In this document: one piece after another, positions 1-11,544 of the stretch | Numbering within the stretch: the stretch's first letter is position 1 | How the letters are laid out: the number at the start of each line of letters is the position of its first letter | Assembly (NCBI GenBank): GCA_002269645.1 | Contig: NIVC01001388.1 | Span: forward strand, 234,441 to 298,440 | Length of the DNA: 64,000 nucleotides | Direction of reading: 5' to 3' | From: Macrostomum lignano | Lineage: Eukaryota | The notes under the pieces: model-generated | Seen by the model: the letters and a program-made list of their open reading frames with translations, nothing else | What the model was told of the DNA's origin: nothing | Database searches by the model: none | Program-made: the position numbers and the translations under genes

Positions 1-1385
1 CCTAGGCTACTAGAATCGCCCTTAGACTACAATAATCTCCCCTATAGACTACTAGAATCTCCCCTAGACTACTAGAATCTTCCCTAGACTACTAGAATCT
101 CCCCTAGGCTACTAGAACCGCCCCTAGACTACTAGAATTTTCTCTAGACTACTAGAATCTCCCCTAGGTTACTAGAATCTCCCCTAGGCTACTAGAATCT
201 TCCCTAGACTACTAGAATCTTCCCTAGACTACTAGAATCTCCCCTAGACTACTATAATCTCCCCTAGGTTACTATAATCTCCCCTAGACTACTAGAATCT
301 CCCCTGGGTTACTAGGATCTCCCCTAGGCTATTAGAACCGCCCCTAGACTACTAGAATCTTCCCTAGGCTATTAGAACCGCCCCTAGACTACTAGAATCT
401 TCCCTAGACTACTAGAATCTTCCCTAGACTACTAGAATCTCCCCTAGGCTACTAGAACCGCCCCTAGACTACTAGAATTTTCTCTAGACTACTAGAATCT
501 CCCCTAGGTTACTAGAATCTCCCCTAGGCTACTAGAATCTTCCCTAGACTACTAGAATCTTCCCTAGACTACTAGAATCTTCCCTAGACTACTAGAATCT
601 CCCCTAGACTACTATAATCTCCCCTAGGTTACTATAATCTCCCCTAGGCTACTAGAATCGCCCTTAGACTACAATAATCTCCCCTATAGACTACTAGAAT
701 CTCCCCTAGACTACTAGAATCTTCCCTAGACTACTAGAATCTCCCCTAGGCTACTAGAACCGCCCCTAGACTACTAGAATTTTCTCTAGACTACTAGAAT
801 CTCCCCTAGGTTACTAGAATCTCCCCTAGGCTACTAGAATCTTCCCTAGACTACTAGAATCTTCCCTAGACTACTAGAATCTCCCCTAGACTACTATAAT
901 CTCCCCTAGGTTACTATAATCTCCCCTAGGCTACTAGAATCGCCCTTAGACTACAATAATCTCCCCTATAGACTACTAGAATCTCCCCTAGACTACTAGA
1001 ATCTTCCCTAGACTACTAGAATCTCCCCTAGGCTACTAGAACCGCCCCTAGACTACTAGAATTTTCTCTAGACTACTAGAATCTCCCCTAGGTTACTAGA
1101 ATCTCCCCTAGGCTACTAGAATCTTCCCTAGACTACTAGAATCTTCCCTAGACTACTAGAATCTCCCCTAGACTACTATAATCTCCCCTAGGTTACTATA
1201 ATCTCCCCTAGGCTACTAGAATCGCCCTTAGACTACAATAATCTCCCCTATAGACTACTAGAATCTCCCCTAGACTACTAGAATCTCTCCTAGACTACTA
1301 GAATCTCTCCTAGACTACTAGAATCTCCCCTATAGACTAATAAAATCTCCCTTAGACTACTAGAATCTCCCCTAGACTACTAGAA
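1..1385. repeat. 20-bp minisatellite (CCCTAGACTACTAGAATCTC), intronic in the Scribble-like gene; partial 282-bp higher-order period
   Basis: Unit read directly. The variant GAATCGCCCTTAGACTACAATAAT recurs at 13, 655, 937 and 1219. Confidence 0.95.
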
Positions 1386-1449
1386 TAGCCCCGAACGCAG
1401 ATTAAAGAGCTGTCACTGATCTCATACTTATCAACTCACTTTGATGCAG

Positions 1450-1866
1450 CTCTGCAGCCTCCGAAAACTGCACATTCTGAGCCTTCGCGACAACCACATC
1501 AGCTCTCTACCCTCGGACATGGGCAGCCTGAAAGCGCTCAAAGTCTTAGATCTGGTTGGCAACCATTTGAAAGCTTTGCCAGCCTCTCTAGCCAGCTGTC
1601 GCCTCACCGCCCTGTGGCTGTCTGATCAGCAGACTCAGCCGCTGGTGTCCCTACAGACTGCAGGCAGCAAAACTAGCGGCTCAGAGCTCACCTGCTACCT
1701 GCTGCCCCAGGCTCGAGCCCCTGATCACGACTGCGAAAGTGTTAATAATGATAATAGCGCCGCTTCAGTTTCACTGGCCGCTGCCGCCCTGTCTGATGGA
1801 TCCACGTCGGCCTCAGCTTCCCCGCCGCCTCATCAAGGTGTTAGTCAGCATCAGCTGGACTCTCAG
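1450..1866 (+). CDS. scrib: Scribble-like LAP protein, first exon in window: last LRRs plus LAP-specific domain (5' exons lie upstream of the window)
   Basis: LRKLHILSLRDNHISSLP...LKVLDLVGNHLKALP...LTALWLSDQQTQPLVSLQT matches the LAP-family LRR/LAPSD end. Acceptor tgcag|CTC, donor CAG|gtgcga. The nine in-window exons join in frame to 2649 nt (882 aa plus stop). Confidence 0.9.
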
Positions 1867-1879
1867 GTGCGATAACGTT

Positions 1880-2243
1880 TAGGGGAACTGGGGAAATCAT
1901 AACGATAATTAGGGGAATCCCAAACTGGGGAATCATAGTGATAATTGGGGGAATCCCAAACTGGGGAATCATAGTGATAATTAGGGGAATCCCAAACTGG
2001 GGAATCATAGTGATAATTAGGGGAATCCCAAACTGGGGAATCATAGTGATAATTAGGGGAATCCCAAACTGGGGAATCATAGTGATAATTGGGGGAATCC
2101 CAAATTGGGGACTCATAGTGATAACTAGGAGAATCCCAAACTGGGGAATCATAATGATAATTGGGGGAATCCCAAACTGGGGAATCATAAATGATAATTG
2201 GGGGAATCCCAAACTGGGGAATCATAAATGATAATTGGGGGAA
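1880..2243. repeat. 33-bp minisatellite (GGGAATCCCAAACTGGGGAATCATAGTGATAAT core), intronic
   Basis: About 11 units read directly. It explains ORFs 1841-2212, 1863-2249 and 1938-2231. Confidence 0.93.
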
Positions 2244-2360
2244 TTCCACACTGGAGAACTATATTGTAAATCCAAACCTTGTGTAAACGTCTATTCAACT
2301 ATTGATCTTCCATGTATGGATCAGCGTAATAAAAATATTTTTCTTCCCATTTCCACCCAG

Positions 2361-2592
2361 ATTTCCGCAGCCTCAGCGGCGAGCGCCAGCGGCGCCGGCG
2401 CCGTTGCTAAACAACGCGGCGCCGTGAAATACGCCAAGCGCCTGGTGGACGGGCCGGTTATTCCCCACGCGCCCGGCGGCCACCCCAAGGAGCTGAGCTT
2501 CTCGCCTAGGCGGATCTCCCCGGCTCCCAGCGACCCAGAGATCGGCGGTGGCGCTCCGGCGGCACCAGGACGACTGGCCAGGGAGTCCTCGG
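2361..2592 (+). CDS. scrib: Scribble-like exon (linker, [19 protein letters not shown])
   Basis: Acceptor cacccag|ATT phase 0; donor G|gtaagt phase 1. Confidence 0.8.
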
Positions 2593-2626
2593 GTAAGTGG
2601 CTGGACTGGCGCGTCTGGCGCTGACT

Positions 2627-2663
2627 TTGTGTGTGTGTCTGAATGTCTGTCTGTCTGTCTTAG

Positions 2664-2749
<86 letters not shown>

Positions 2750-2810
2750 GTGTCTGTGTGTCTGTCTGTCTGTTTGTCTGTCTGTGTGTCTGTGTGTCTG
2801 TCTGTCTGTG

Positions 2811-2853
<43 letters not shown>

Positions 2854-2854
2854 G

Positions 2855-2913
<59 letters not shown>

Positions 2914-2925
2914 GTGTCTGTCTGT
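2627..2925. repeat. (TCTG)n/(TG)n compound microsatellite
   Basis: Read directly. Confidence 0.97.
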
Positions 2926-3271
2926 TGAAAAAATACTAAACTAAAGACTATTTAATTGGAGTTAAATTGAAGGAGCAGGATGAGCAGGAAGAGCAGTAAG
3001 TGGGCGCAGGGCCCAAACCGATATATTTATAGAACATTTAACTTTGGGGGGTTGAGCCCAGAATAATAAGGAGAGGGGGTGGAGTGCGCGACTGAGGAAA
3101 GAGGCGAGAACGGAGAGCCAATCAGAACGCAGCAAGGGAGAGAGAGATAAGAATAACAAGATTGAGCTAGACAGAGAGAGAGAAAACGGAGTAAACAGAG
3201 ACAATTGAAGGTGAACTAAGAAATGACTAGGAAAGTCGCGACATCAGACAGCAGACGGCAGACGACAGACA

Positions 3272-3293
3272 GCAGTCTGTCTGTCTGTCTGTG

Positions 3294-3352
<59 letters not shown>

Positions 3353-3353
3353 G

Positions 3354-3416
<63 letters not shown>

Positions 3417-3450
3417 GTGTCTGTCTGTCTGTCTGTCTGTGTGTCTGTCT
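3272..3450. repeat. (TCTG)n microsatellite
   Basis: Read directly. Confidence 0.96.
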
Positions 3451-4000
3451 ATAATTCCGGTTTAAGCATCTCAGCAGTCGCAGTGGTGCATTGATGTTGC
3501 CAGCTCATCCACCCCAGCAGCTGTGCTGGCAGGGTGCAGCTGACTCTGAAACCACATCAGGCCATGGCGCCAGCTATATTCATGCGACTCCGTGTATTCA
3601 CTTTTAGACTCGGATTCCAGCGGTTTCGAGGCTGACAGAAGCCGATAGATTCGACAGCTTTACTTTTATTAAATACCAAAAAATTAAATATTAAATACTT
3701 GAAAATTTAAACGCCAAGTGTTTCATTTGTTTGTTTATGACTTACTGGAATAATTATAAAAAAAATTAGAGTTTAAGCAGTTTTTAATTTTTATACTTTA
3801 TTGATAAAAAAACAGTCTTTTATCGCTGGCTCAATGCGTTCTGTTTCGCTATTTGAAATGCTCATTGTTCCCTGTTTAGTTGGCTCCACTGCGTCATTGT
3901 CTACTGTTTCAAGTTTCTTTGTTGACTTATTTAATGATTTAAATGATGTTGTTTTTTATCCCGTTGGCTCTCAATTAATCCCAATTCCTACCTGCTGCAG

Positions 4001-4152
4001 TTCCGATTGGCATATCGCATTCCGCTCGAGTACCGCACGCTGCTTCCGCGTCTCCATGGCAACAACAGCAGCAGCAGCAGCGCACGGTGCCGGTCATTCG
4101 GTTCAACTCTTTGGAGAAGGAAAGGGGCGGCACAGTTGGCCAGGAAGATGCT
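4001..4152 (+). CDS. scrib: Scribble-like exon (poly-Gln linker), absent from the ORF track in this frame
   Basis: Acceptor ctgcag|TT, donor GCT|gtgagt. It converts phase 1 to phase 0 exactly as the flanking exons require. Translates VPIGISHSARVPHAASASPWQQQQQQQRTVPVIRFNSLEKERGGTVGQEDA. Confidence 0.75.
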
Positions 4153-4244
4153 GTGAGTTGTCTGTCCGAGCTTAAATTGAGTCTTGGACATCTTTAGATC
4201 TTGTAGACATACTCGTACATCTTGTGATCAGACGCTCGGAGATC

Positions 4245-4572
4245 TAGAGATTAGATACTCAAGAACATCTAGAGAATAGATACTCGGACATCTAGAAATT
4301 AGATACTCGGACATATCTAGACCAGATACTCAGGCATCTATAGACCAGATACTCGGACATCTCTAGACCAGATACTAGACATGTATAGACCAGATACTCG
4401 GACATCTATAGACCAGATACTAGACACCTAGAGACCAGATACTCAGACATCTATAGACCAGATACTCAGACATCTATAGACCAGGTACTCAGACATCTAT
4501 AGACCAGATACTCAGACATCTATAGACCAGATACTCAGACATCTATAGACCAGATACTCGGACATCTAGAGA
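4245..4572. repeat. 23-bp minisatellite (ACTCAGACATCTATAGACCAGAT)
   Basis: Read directly; degenerate at the 5' end. Confidence 0.9.
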
Positions 4573-5098
4573 TTGGCACAGACAGAGTACATGCCTGATG
4601 ATTAGAAGTCAGGACCGCTGTACACCTTGGGTGAGCTTTATGTATGAGTGCGTGCGTACGCTTGCATCTGCTCAGGAGTCGGCGTAATGGGCAGAATTGC
4701 CCCAGCGCTGGTTGCAAATTAGTAAATCTACTATGCAAAGGAAATTCAATACTTTAAATTCACTGAGGCCAAATGAATCTGCCTGCCCATACGCTGGCAA
4801 TATTGTCAGGAAAGTTCATTGTGTCTTGTTCTAAACTGCCCGTCACAGAGATATATATAGAGAGAGAGATAAGTGCTGAGCCAGTGTAAATGCTGACCAG
4901 TCTGGTTGTCAATCATTTGTTTGCTGTTTGACTGGCAAAGCTTATGTCAGTCCTAAAATATAATGTACAGTATTAACAATTAAATTTTTGCCAGTGTGTG
5001 TTGTAGGCGTCTTCATGACCACTTCAGGGGTGTTGTACAAGATTCTAATGATCGTAATGACCCTTGGTGGCGTAGCAATTCGTGTCACTGGCCTCAAC

Positions 5099-5950
5099 AT
5101 GTGTGTCAGCACACTCAATATAGGTGTGTCAGCACACTCAATATAGGTGTGTCAGCACACTCAGTATAGGTGTGTCAGCACACTCAGTATAGGTGTGTCA
5201 GCACACTCAGTATAGGTGTGTCAGCACACTCAGTATAGGTGTGTCAGCACACTCAGTATAGGTGTGTCAGCACACTCAGTATAGGTGTGTCAGCACACTC
5301 AATATAGGTGTGTCAGCACACTCAGTATAGGTGTGTCAGCACACTCAGTACAAGTGTGTCAGCACACTCAATATAGATGTGTCAGCACACTCAATATAGG
5401 TGTGTCAGCATGCACAATCAATATAGGTGTGTCAGCACACTCAGTATAGGTGTGTCAGCACACTCAGTATAAGTGTGTCAGCACACTCAATATAGGTGTG
5501 TCAGCACACTCAGTACAAGTGTGTCAGCACACTCAATATAGATGTGTCAGCACACTCAATATAGGTGTGTCAGCATGCACAATCAATATAGGTGTGTCAG
5601 CACACTCAGTATAGGTGTGTCAGCACACTCAGTATAAGTGTGTCAGCACACTCAATATAGGTGTGTCAGCACACTCAGAAGTGTGTCAGCACACCAGTAT
5701 ACATGTGTCAGCACACTCAGAAGTGTGTCAGCACACCAGTATACATGTGTCAGCACACTCAGAAGTGTGTCAGCACACCAGTATACATGTGTCAGCACAC
5801 TCAGAAGTGTGTCAGCACACCAGTATACATGTGTCAGCACACCAGTATACATGTGTCAGCACACTCAAAAGTGTGTCAGCACACCAGTATACGTGTCAGC
5901 ACACTCAAAAGTGTGTCAGCACACCAGTATACATGTGTCAGCACACTCAG
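5099..5950. repeat. 23-bp minisatellite (GTGTGTCAGCACACTCAGTATAG) changing to a dimeric variant at the 3' end
   Basis: Read directly. It explains the MCQHTQ-type ORFs. Confidence 0.95.
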
Positions 5951-5975
5951 CAGCCTTACTGTCCTGACCCCGCAG

Positions 5976-6410
5976 GCGGCAGGTGAACTGGCCTCCACAG
6001 GCAGCGGCGGCAGTGGGGCAGCCTTCCGGCACGTCGGTTTCGCTGGCGAACTGGCCGACAACGAGTCAAAGAGCAGCGGCTGGAAGCGCCGGGACACGCC
6101 GCACTACAATAAGAATGCGAAAATCACCAAGTGCCAGGACTCCGAGTTCGCTGCCCAGCTGCTGCAGAAGTACGGAGCCGGCGGCAGGCGCGCGGTGTCG
6201 GAGTCAAGCGGCGGCGGCGCCAGCGCTCGAAGCCCCAGCGAGGCCGGCGATGGTTACGAATTCGACGCGGCGTCCCTGTCGGCGGTTGCCAAGCAGCAGC
6301 TCACGGTTGTGTTGGAGAGGCAGGCGGGCGCGCAGCTGGGTCTCAGCATCGCTGGCGGTGTGGGATCGCAGCCGTGGCTGCCTGAAGATAATGGCATTTT
6401 CCTGAGCAAG
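5976..6410 (+). CDS. scrib: Scribble-like exon: RHVGF and KRRDTPHY motifs plus N-terminal half of PDZ1
   Basis: Acceptor ccgcag|GCG, donor AAG|gtcggg. QLGLSIAGGVGSQPWLPEDNGIFLSK is typical of Scribble PDZ1. Confidence 0.9.
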
Positions 6411-6477
6411 GTCGGGTCCGATATCTGTGTCAGGCTTCTTCTCTTCCGAACCACCGCTGCCCTCCCAGATCCGCCGT

Positions 6478-7128
6478 TGCTGGGCCAGCCTCCCAGAGTG
6501 TCAGTTGTTGGCCCAGCCTCCCAGAGTGTCAGTTGTTGGCCCAGCCTCCCAGAGTGTCAGTTGTTGGCCCAGCCTCCCAGAGTGTCAGTTGCTGGGCCAG
6601 CCTCCCAGAGTTTCAGTTGCTGGCCCAGCCTCCCAGAGTGTCAGTTGCTGGGCCAGCCTCCCAGAGTGTCAGTTGTTGGCCCAGCCTCCCAGAGTGTCAG
6701 TTGCTGGCCCAGCCTCCCAGAGTGTCAGTTGCTGGGCCAGCCTCCCAGAGTTTCAGTTGCTGGCCCAGCCTCCCAGAGTGTCAGTTGCTGGCCCAGCCTC
6801 CCAGAGTGTCAGTTGCTGGGCCAGCCTCCCAGAGTGTCAGTTGCTGGGCCAGCCTCACAGATCCTCAGTTTCTGGCCCAGCCTCCCAGAGTGTCAGTTGC
6901 TGGGCCAGCCTCCCAGATCCTCAGTTTCTGGCCCAGCCTCCCAGAGTGTCAGTTGCTGGGCCAGCCTCCCAGATTCTTGGTTGCTGGGCCAGCCTCCCAG
7001 ATTCTTGGTTGCTGGGCCAGCCTCCCAGATTCTTGGTTGCTGGGCCAGCCTCCCAGATTCTTGGTTGCTGGGCCAGCCTCCCAGATTCTTGGTTGCTGGG
7101 CCAGCCTCCCAGATCCTCAGTTGCTGGG
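6478..7128. repeat. 28-bp minisatellite (GGCCCAGCCTCCCAGAGTGTCAGTTGCT), in the intron splitting PDZ1
   Basis: Read directly; 28-aa periodicity in overlapping ORFs. Confidence 0.95.
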
Positions 7129-7175
7129 CATCAATAGATGATGAAATATAGCCTGCCAAAATCCCCTCACCCCAG

Positions 7176-7463
7176 GTGATCGATGGTTTCCCAGCCTACT
7201 CGGCCGGCCTTCGCCCCGGTGACCGGTTGCTAAGCGTCTGCGGCGTCTCCCTGGTAACGGCCAGCCACGCCGAGGCTGTCAAAGCGATTCAGTCGGCCGG
7301 TCAGCGACTCGAGCTGCAAGTCGAGCGTCACCTGACAGTGCCAAAGGCGAGAGACGGGGATGTCAGAGAGGAAAACAACGGAGAGCCTGCCGAAGCAGCC
7401 GAAAAAGATAAAGAAGATGAAGATAAAGACCGGCGCAGCGAGGCGGAGGCTGAGGAAGATGAG
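7176..7463 (+). CDS. scrib: Scribble-like exon: C-terminal half of PDZ1 plus acidic linker
   Basis: Acceptor accccag|GTG. AGLRPGDRLLSVCGVSLVTASHAEAVKAIQSAGQRLELQVER. Donor GAG|gttgga is weaker than the others. Confidence 0.87.
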
Positions 7464-7531
7464 GTTGGAGTGTAGTAGAAAATCTTTCCACTATTTTTTA
7501 CTTTCCGCGCAATCAAACCAAGCCAGTACAT

Positions 7532-8087
7532 AGGGTAAGAGTAGGGTCAGTAGGGTGAGAGTAGAGTCATTAGGGTGAGAGTAGAGTCAGTAGGGTGAGA
7601 TTAAGGGCAGTAGGGTGGGTTTAAGGTCAGTAGGGTGAGATTAGTGTCAGTAGGGTAAGATTAGGGCTAGTAGGGTGAGATTAGGGTCAGTAGGATGAGA
7701 TTTAGGTCAGTAGGATGAGATTAAGGTCAGTAGGGTGAGATTAAGGTCAGTAGGGTAAGATTAGGGCCAGTAGGGTGAGATTAGGGTCAGTAGGGTGAGA
7801 TTAGGGTCAGTAGGGTAAGATTAGGGTCAGTAGGGTGAGATTAGGGTCAGTAGGGTGAGATTAGGGTCAGTAGGGTGAGATTAGGGTCAGTAGGGTAAGA
7901 TTAGGGTCAGTAGGGTAAGATTAGGGTCAGTAGGGTGAGATTAGAGTCAGTAGGGTGAGATTCGTGTTAGATTAGGGTCAGTAGGGTGAGATTAGGGTCA
8001 GTAGGGTAAGATTAGGGTCAGTAGGGTAAGATTAGGGTCAGTAGGGTGAGAGCAGGGTCAGTATGATGAGGGTAGGGTCAGTAGGGC
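7532..8087 (+). repeat. 20-bp G-rich minisatellite (TAGGGTGAGATTAGGGTCAG) containing TTAGGG
   Basis: Read directly. Confidence 0.95.
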
Positions 8088-8258
8088 AAGCATTTTTAAC
8101 ATACTGAGCTAGACCAGAGTATTAACTTAATGCTTTACTGTTAGTAGTCATGCAGGCATTAGAAATTCTATACTTCTATACGCAATGTGTGCACAATGGC
8201 TGCATCAATGTAAATTGGATGTGCAACCGAAGTCAACGCTACAATTTGCCAATTGCAG

Positions 8259-8414
8259 AGCCCCAGACCTTTGCCAAGTCGGGGCAGTCTGGAGCGACTA
8301 CACGATATTGGAAAATTTGGCGGCAAGAAGATAAAACGATTTCAACCAGACAACGACAATGGCCCGGACACTGAAGCAGATGGAGATGCCGCTGAGTCGC
8401 TGTGGCTTTGTCAG
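8259..8414 (+). CDS. scrib: Scribble-like exon (non-PDZ linker at the position PDZ2 normally occupies)
   Basis: Acceptor ttgcag|AGC, donor CAG|gtaata, phase 0/0. SPRPLPSRGSLERLHDIGKFGGKKIKRF... Confidence 0.72.
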
Positions 8415-8478
8415 GTAATAATTGGCCCCTGCATGGTATACGGCGTTGTGTGGTTTCTCACCCTACATTTTATTGCTC

Positions 8479-9033
8479 AGTAGGGTGAGGGGTAGAGGGA
8501 GTAGGGTGAGGGGTAGAGGGAGTAGGGTGAGGGGTAGAGGGAGTAGGGTGAGGGGTAGAGGGAGTAGGGTGAGGGGTAGAGGGAGTAGGGTGAGGGGTAG
8601 AGGGAGTAGGGTGAGGGGTAGAGGGAGTAGGGTGAGGGGTAGAGGGAGTAGGGTGAGGGGTAGAGGGAGTAGGGTGAGGGGTAGAGGGAGTAGGGTGAGG
8701 GGTAGAGGGAGTAGGGTGAGGGGTAGAGGGAGTAGGGTGAGGGGTAGAGGGAGTAGGGTGAGGGGTAGAGGGAGTAGGGTGAGGGGTAGAGGGAGTAGGG
8801 TGAGGGGTAGAGGGAGTAGGGTGAGGGGTAGAGGGAGTAGGGTGAGGGGTAGAGGGAGTAGGGTGAGGGGTAGAGGGAGTAGGGTGAGGGGTAGAGGGAG
8901 TAGGGTGAGGGGTAGAGGGAGTAGGGTTAGGGGTAGAGGGAGTAGGGTGAGGGGTAGAGGGAGTAGGGTGAGGGTAGAGGAGTAGGGTGAGGGGTAGAGG
9001 GAGTAGGGTGAGGGGTAGAGGGAGTAGGGTGAG
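8479..9033 (+). repeat. 21-bp G-rich minisatellite (TAGGGTGAGGGGTAGAGGGAG), near-perfect
   Basis: Read directly. It explains the RVRGRGS/LPLPLTL ORFs. Confidence 0.97.
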
Positions 9034-9116
9034 CAGGTTGAGAGGTAAAGTAGGCGAGGTGATAGCCACTCGCTCTCCCACAAACCACAGTCCTGTATAT
9101 AAAATATCCCACCCAG

Positions 9117-9753
9117 CAACCGCAGCCGGCCCGAGAGCAGACCGCCCCAGTCGCCATTGAAAGCCCCGACAAGCAAGCGGCGGCTGACCAACCGGAAGAG
9201 TCGCTAGCAGACCAAGACTCGATTCCGCTCGGACCAGACGAGGTTTGCATCGAGCTGCAGCCGGACTCGAGCGGCCGGCTCGGACTGTCCATCTGCGGCA
9301 GCTGCGACCGGCCGGCGCACCCCTTCGGAGTCGGCCTGTACGTCAGCCGCCTGACCCCCGGCCTGCCCGCCGCCAGCTCCGGCCTGAAAGTCGGCGACCG
9401 GCTGCTCAGCGCCAACGGGCGCAGCCTCGCCAGAGCCGCCCATCGCGAGGCCATCGCCGCCATGCGGGCGACGCCCGATGGCTCTGGCGGCGTCCTTCGA
9501 CTCCGGGTGCGGCACGAGCCGCCGCCTGCCGGCTATCGCTGCCTGCGCATCCCCCTTCCGGCGCCGGCGGCCGCAGCGAAACCCGCCAGTGCCGCCGCTG
9601 TGGCCGCCGTCGCCAGGCCCAGGCTCGGCATCGCCGTCTGCGGTGGCGCCGGCTCGCCGCCAGCCAATCCCGACGACCCAACAGACGAAGGCGTCTTCGT
9701 TGCCAAGGTGTCGCCAGGCGGATTGTTCCACTCTGATGGACAGCTGAAGACTG
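9117..9753 (+). CDS. scrib: Scribble-like exon: PDZ3 and N-terminal half of PDZ4
   Basis: Acceptor acccag|CAA, donor G|gtgagt. LGLSICGSCDRPAHPFGVGLYVSRL...GLKVGDRLL...RHEPPP (PDZ3). LGIAVCGGAGSPPANPDDPTDEGVFVAKVSPGG matches the Scribble PDZ4 NPxDPTDEG signature. Confidence 0.92.
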
Positions 9754-9764
9754 GTGAGTTGCTA

Positions 9765-10053
9765 CCTGCCCTGTCACCCCCTCTGTCTGCCCTCCGTCAC
9801 CTTTCTGTCTGCCCTCCGTCACCCACATTACCTGCCCTCCGTCAATCTCGGCCTGCCCTCCGTCAATCTCGGCCTGCCCTCCGTCAATCTCGGCCTGCCC
9901 TCCGTCAATCTCGGCCTGCCCTCCGTCAATCTCGGCCTGCCCTCCGTCAATCTCGGCCTGCCCTCCGTCAATCTCGGCCTGCCCTCCGTCAATCTCGGCC
10001 TGACCTCCGTCAATCTCGGCCTGCCCTCCGTCAATCTCGGCCTGCCCTCCGTC
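9765..10053. repeat. 21-bp minisatellite (CTGCCCTCCGTCAATCTCGGC)
   Basis: Read directly. Confidence 0.95.
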
Positions 10054-10065
10054 ATAGTTATAAAA

Positions 10066-10247
10066 ATTAAACTCCGCTACATATCGGCAGCTCATTCATT
10101 GCAATCGCAAAATTAAACTACGCTACATATCGGCAGCTCATTCATTGCAATCGCAAAATTAAACTACGCTACATATCGGCAGCTCATTCATTGCAATCGC
10201 AAAATTAAACTACGCTACATATCGGCAGCTCTTTCATTGCAATCGCA
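10066..10247. repeat. 46-bp tandem repeat, about 4 copies
   Basis: ATATCGGCAGCTC recurs at 10081 and 10127, then at further 46-bp steps. Confidence 0.9.
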
Positions 10248-10271
10248 ACCCCCCCCCCCAAATCCGAGCAG

Positions 10272-10564
10272 GCATGCGCCTTCTGGACGCCAACGGTCGC
10301 AACCTGATTGGAGTGTCTCGCGAGGAGGCCGTCTCGATTCTTCGCAGCCTCATCGCCCATCCAGCCGTCAACGCAGCGCCGGACATCCAGCTGACTGTCT
10401 GCGACGGCTGCCCGTCTGACCGCCTGTTGCTGGGCGACGCCGACGACGCCAGGCCTCTCAGCGGCATCAGCGGTGGCGGAGCGCTTCGCCGCGAAAGCAG
10501 CACCAGTATTGACCCCGGGGAGGAGATCGAGCACCTCAAGGAGCTGCGGCTTCTCGGTCAACAG
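10272..10564 (+). CDS. scrib: Scribble-like exon: C-terminal half of PDZ4 plus SSTSID motif
   Basis: Acceptor gagcag|GC phase 1. MRLLDANGRNLIGVSREEAVSILRS...QLTVCDG. Donor CAG|gtgcgt. Confidence 0.9.
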
Positions 10565-10576
10565 GTGCGTGTGGCT

Positions 10577-11097
10577 TTGCTGGTGTCTCAGTCCTCCCAG
10601 CTGGTGTCTCAGTCCTCCCAGCTGGTGTCTCAGCCCTCCCAGCTGGTGTCTCAGCCCTCCCAGCTGGTGTCTCAGTCCTCCCAGCTGGTGTCTCAGCTCT
10701 CCCAGCTTGGTGTCTCAGCCCTCCCAGCTGGTGTCTCAACCCTCCCAGCTGGTGTCTCAGCTCTCCCAGCTTGGTGTCTCAGCCCTCCCAGCTGGTGTCT
10801 CAGTCCTCCCAGCTGGTGTCTCAGCTCTCCCAGCTTGGTGTCTCAGCCCTCCCAGCTGGTGTCTCAACCCTCCCAGCTGGTGTCTCAGTCCTCCCAGCTT
10901 GGTGTCTCAGCCCTCCTAGCTGGTGTCTCAGTCCTCCCAGCTGGTGTCTCAGCCCTCCCAGCTGGTGTCTCAGCCCTCCCAGCTGGTGTCTCAGTCCTCC
11001 CAGCTGGTGTCTCAGTCCTCCCATCTGGTGTCTCAGCTCTCCCAGCTTGGTGTCTCAGCCCTCCCAGCTGGTGTCTCAGCCCTCCCAGCTGGTGTCT
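10577..11097. repeat. 21/22-bp minisatellite (CTGGTGTCTCAGCCCTCCCAG)
   Basis: Read directly. Confidence 0.95.
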
Positions 11098-11544
11098 AAA
11101 GGTGCAAAAAGGTGCTCTTCGTATTTTTCAAACGCTATTTTCTCTTGGTAAAGAAGTCATTTTATAAGTAGTATAATAACAGTATTTTTACATTTTCAAT
11201 TTTCAGAGCAAACAAGGTATTTGAATTATCAGTGCATTGCATCGCTGCTTTGCGAGTAAGTTAAAAATATTAAATGTTTAATATTATTATTTATTACTTA
11301 ATAATTTTATAATTACAATATTGATTAATATATGCAATATACTAAAATTCATATTTCTACTTTGGTACTTGTAAGGATTGTAAGCGAAAAAATAATACAT
11401 GCAAATAATTTAGTTCAAATTTGCTGGCATATTCGCGTTGCTCTACTTATTTGATTCGGTTCAGTAGAAAAATACGATTTTTATTACCGAAATTTAATAA
11501 AATCTGTAAAAATGCTGTATAATATGCAATCCGAACCGTTTCAG

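Noticed and set aside
3470-3660. GC-richer patch as an extra Scribble exon
   Set aside because: Both candidate acceptors give an in-frame TGA within a few codons in the required phase.
5661-7151. 496-aa ORF as a single gene
   Set aside because: Only 5976-6410 is coding; both flanks are stop-free minisatellite read-through.
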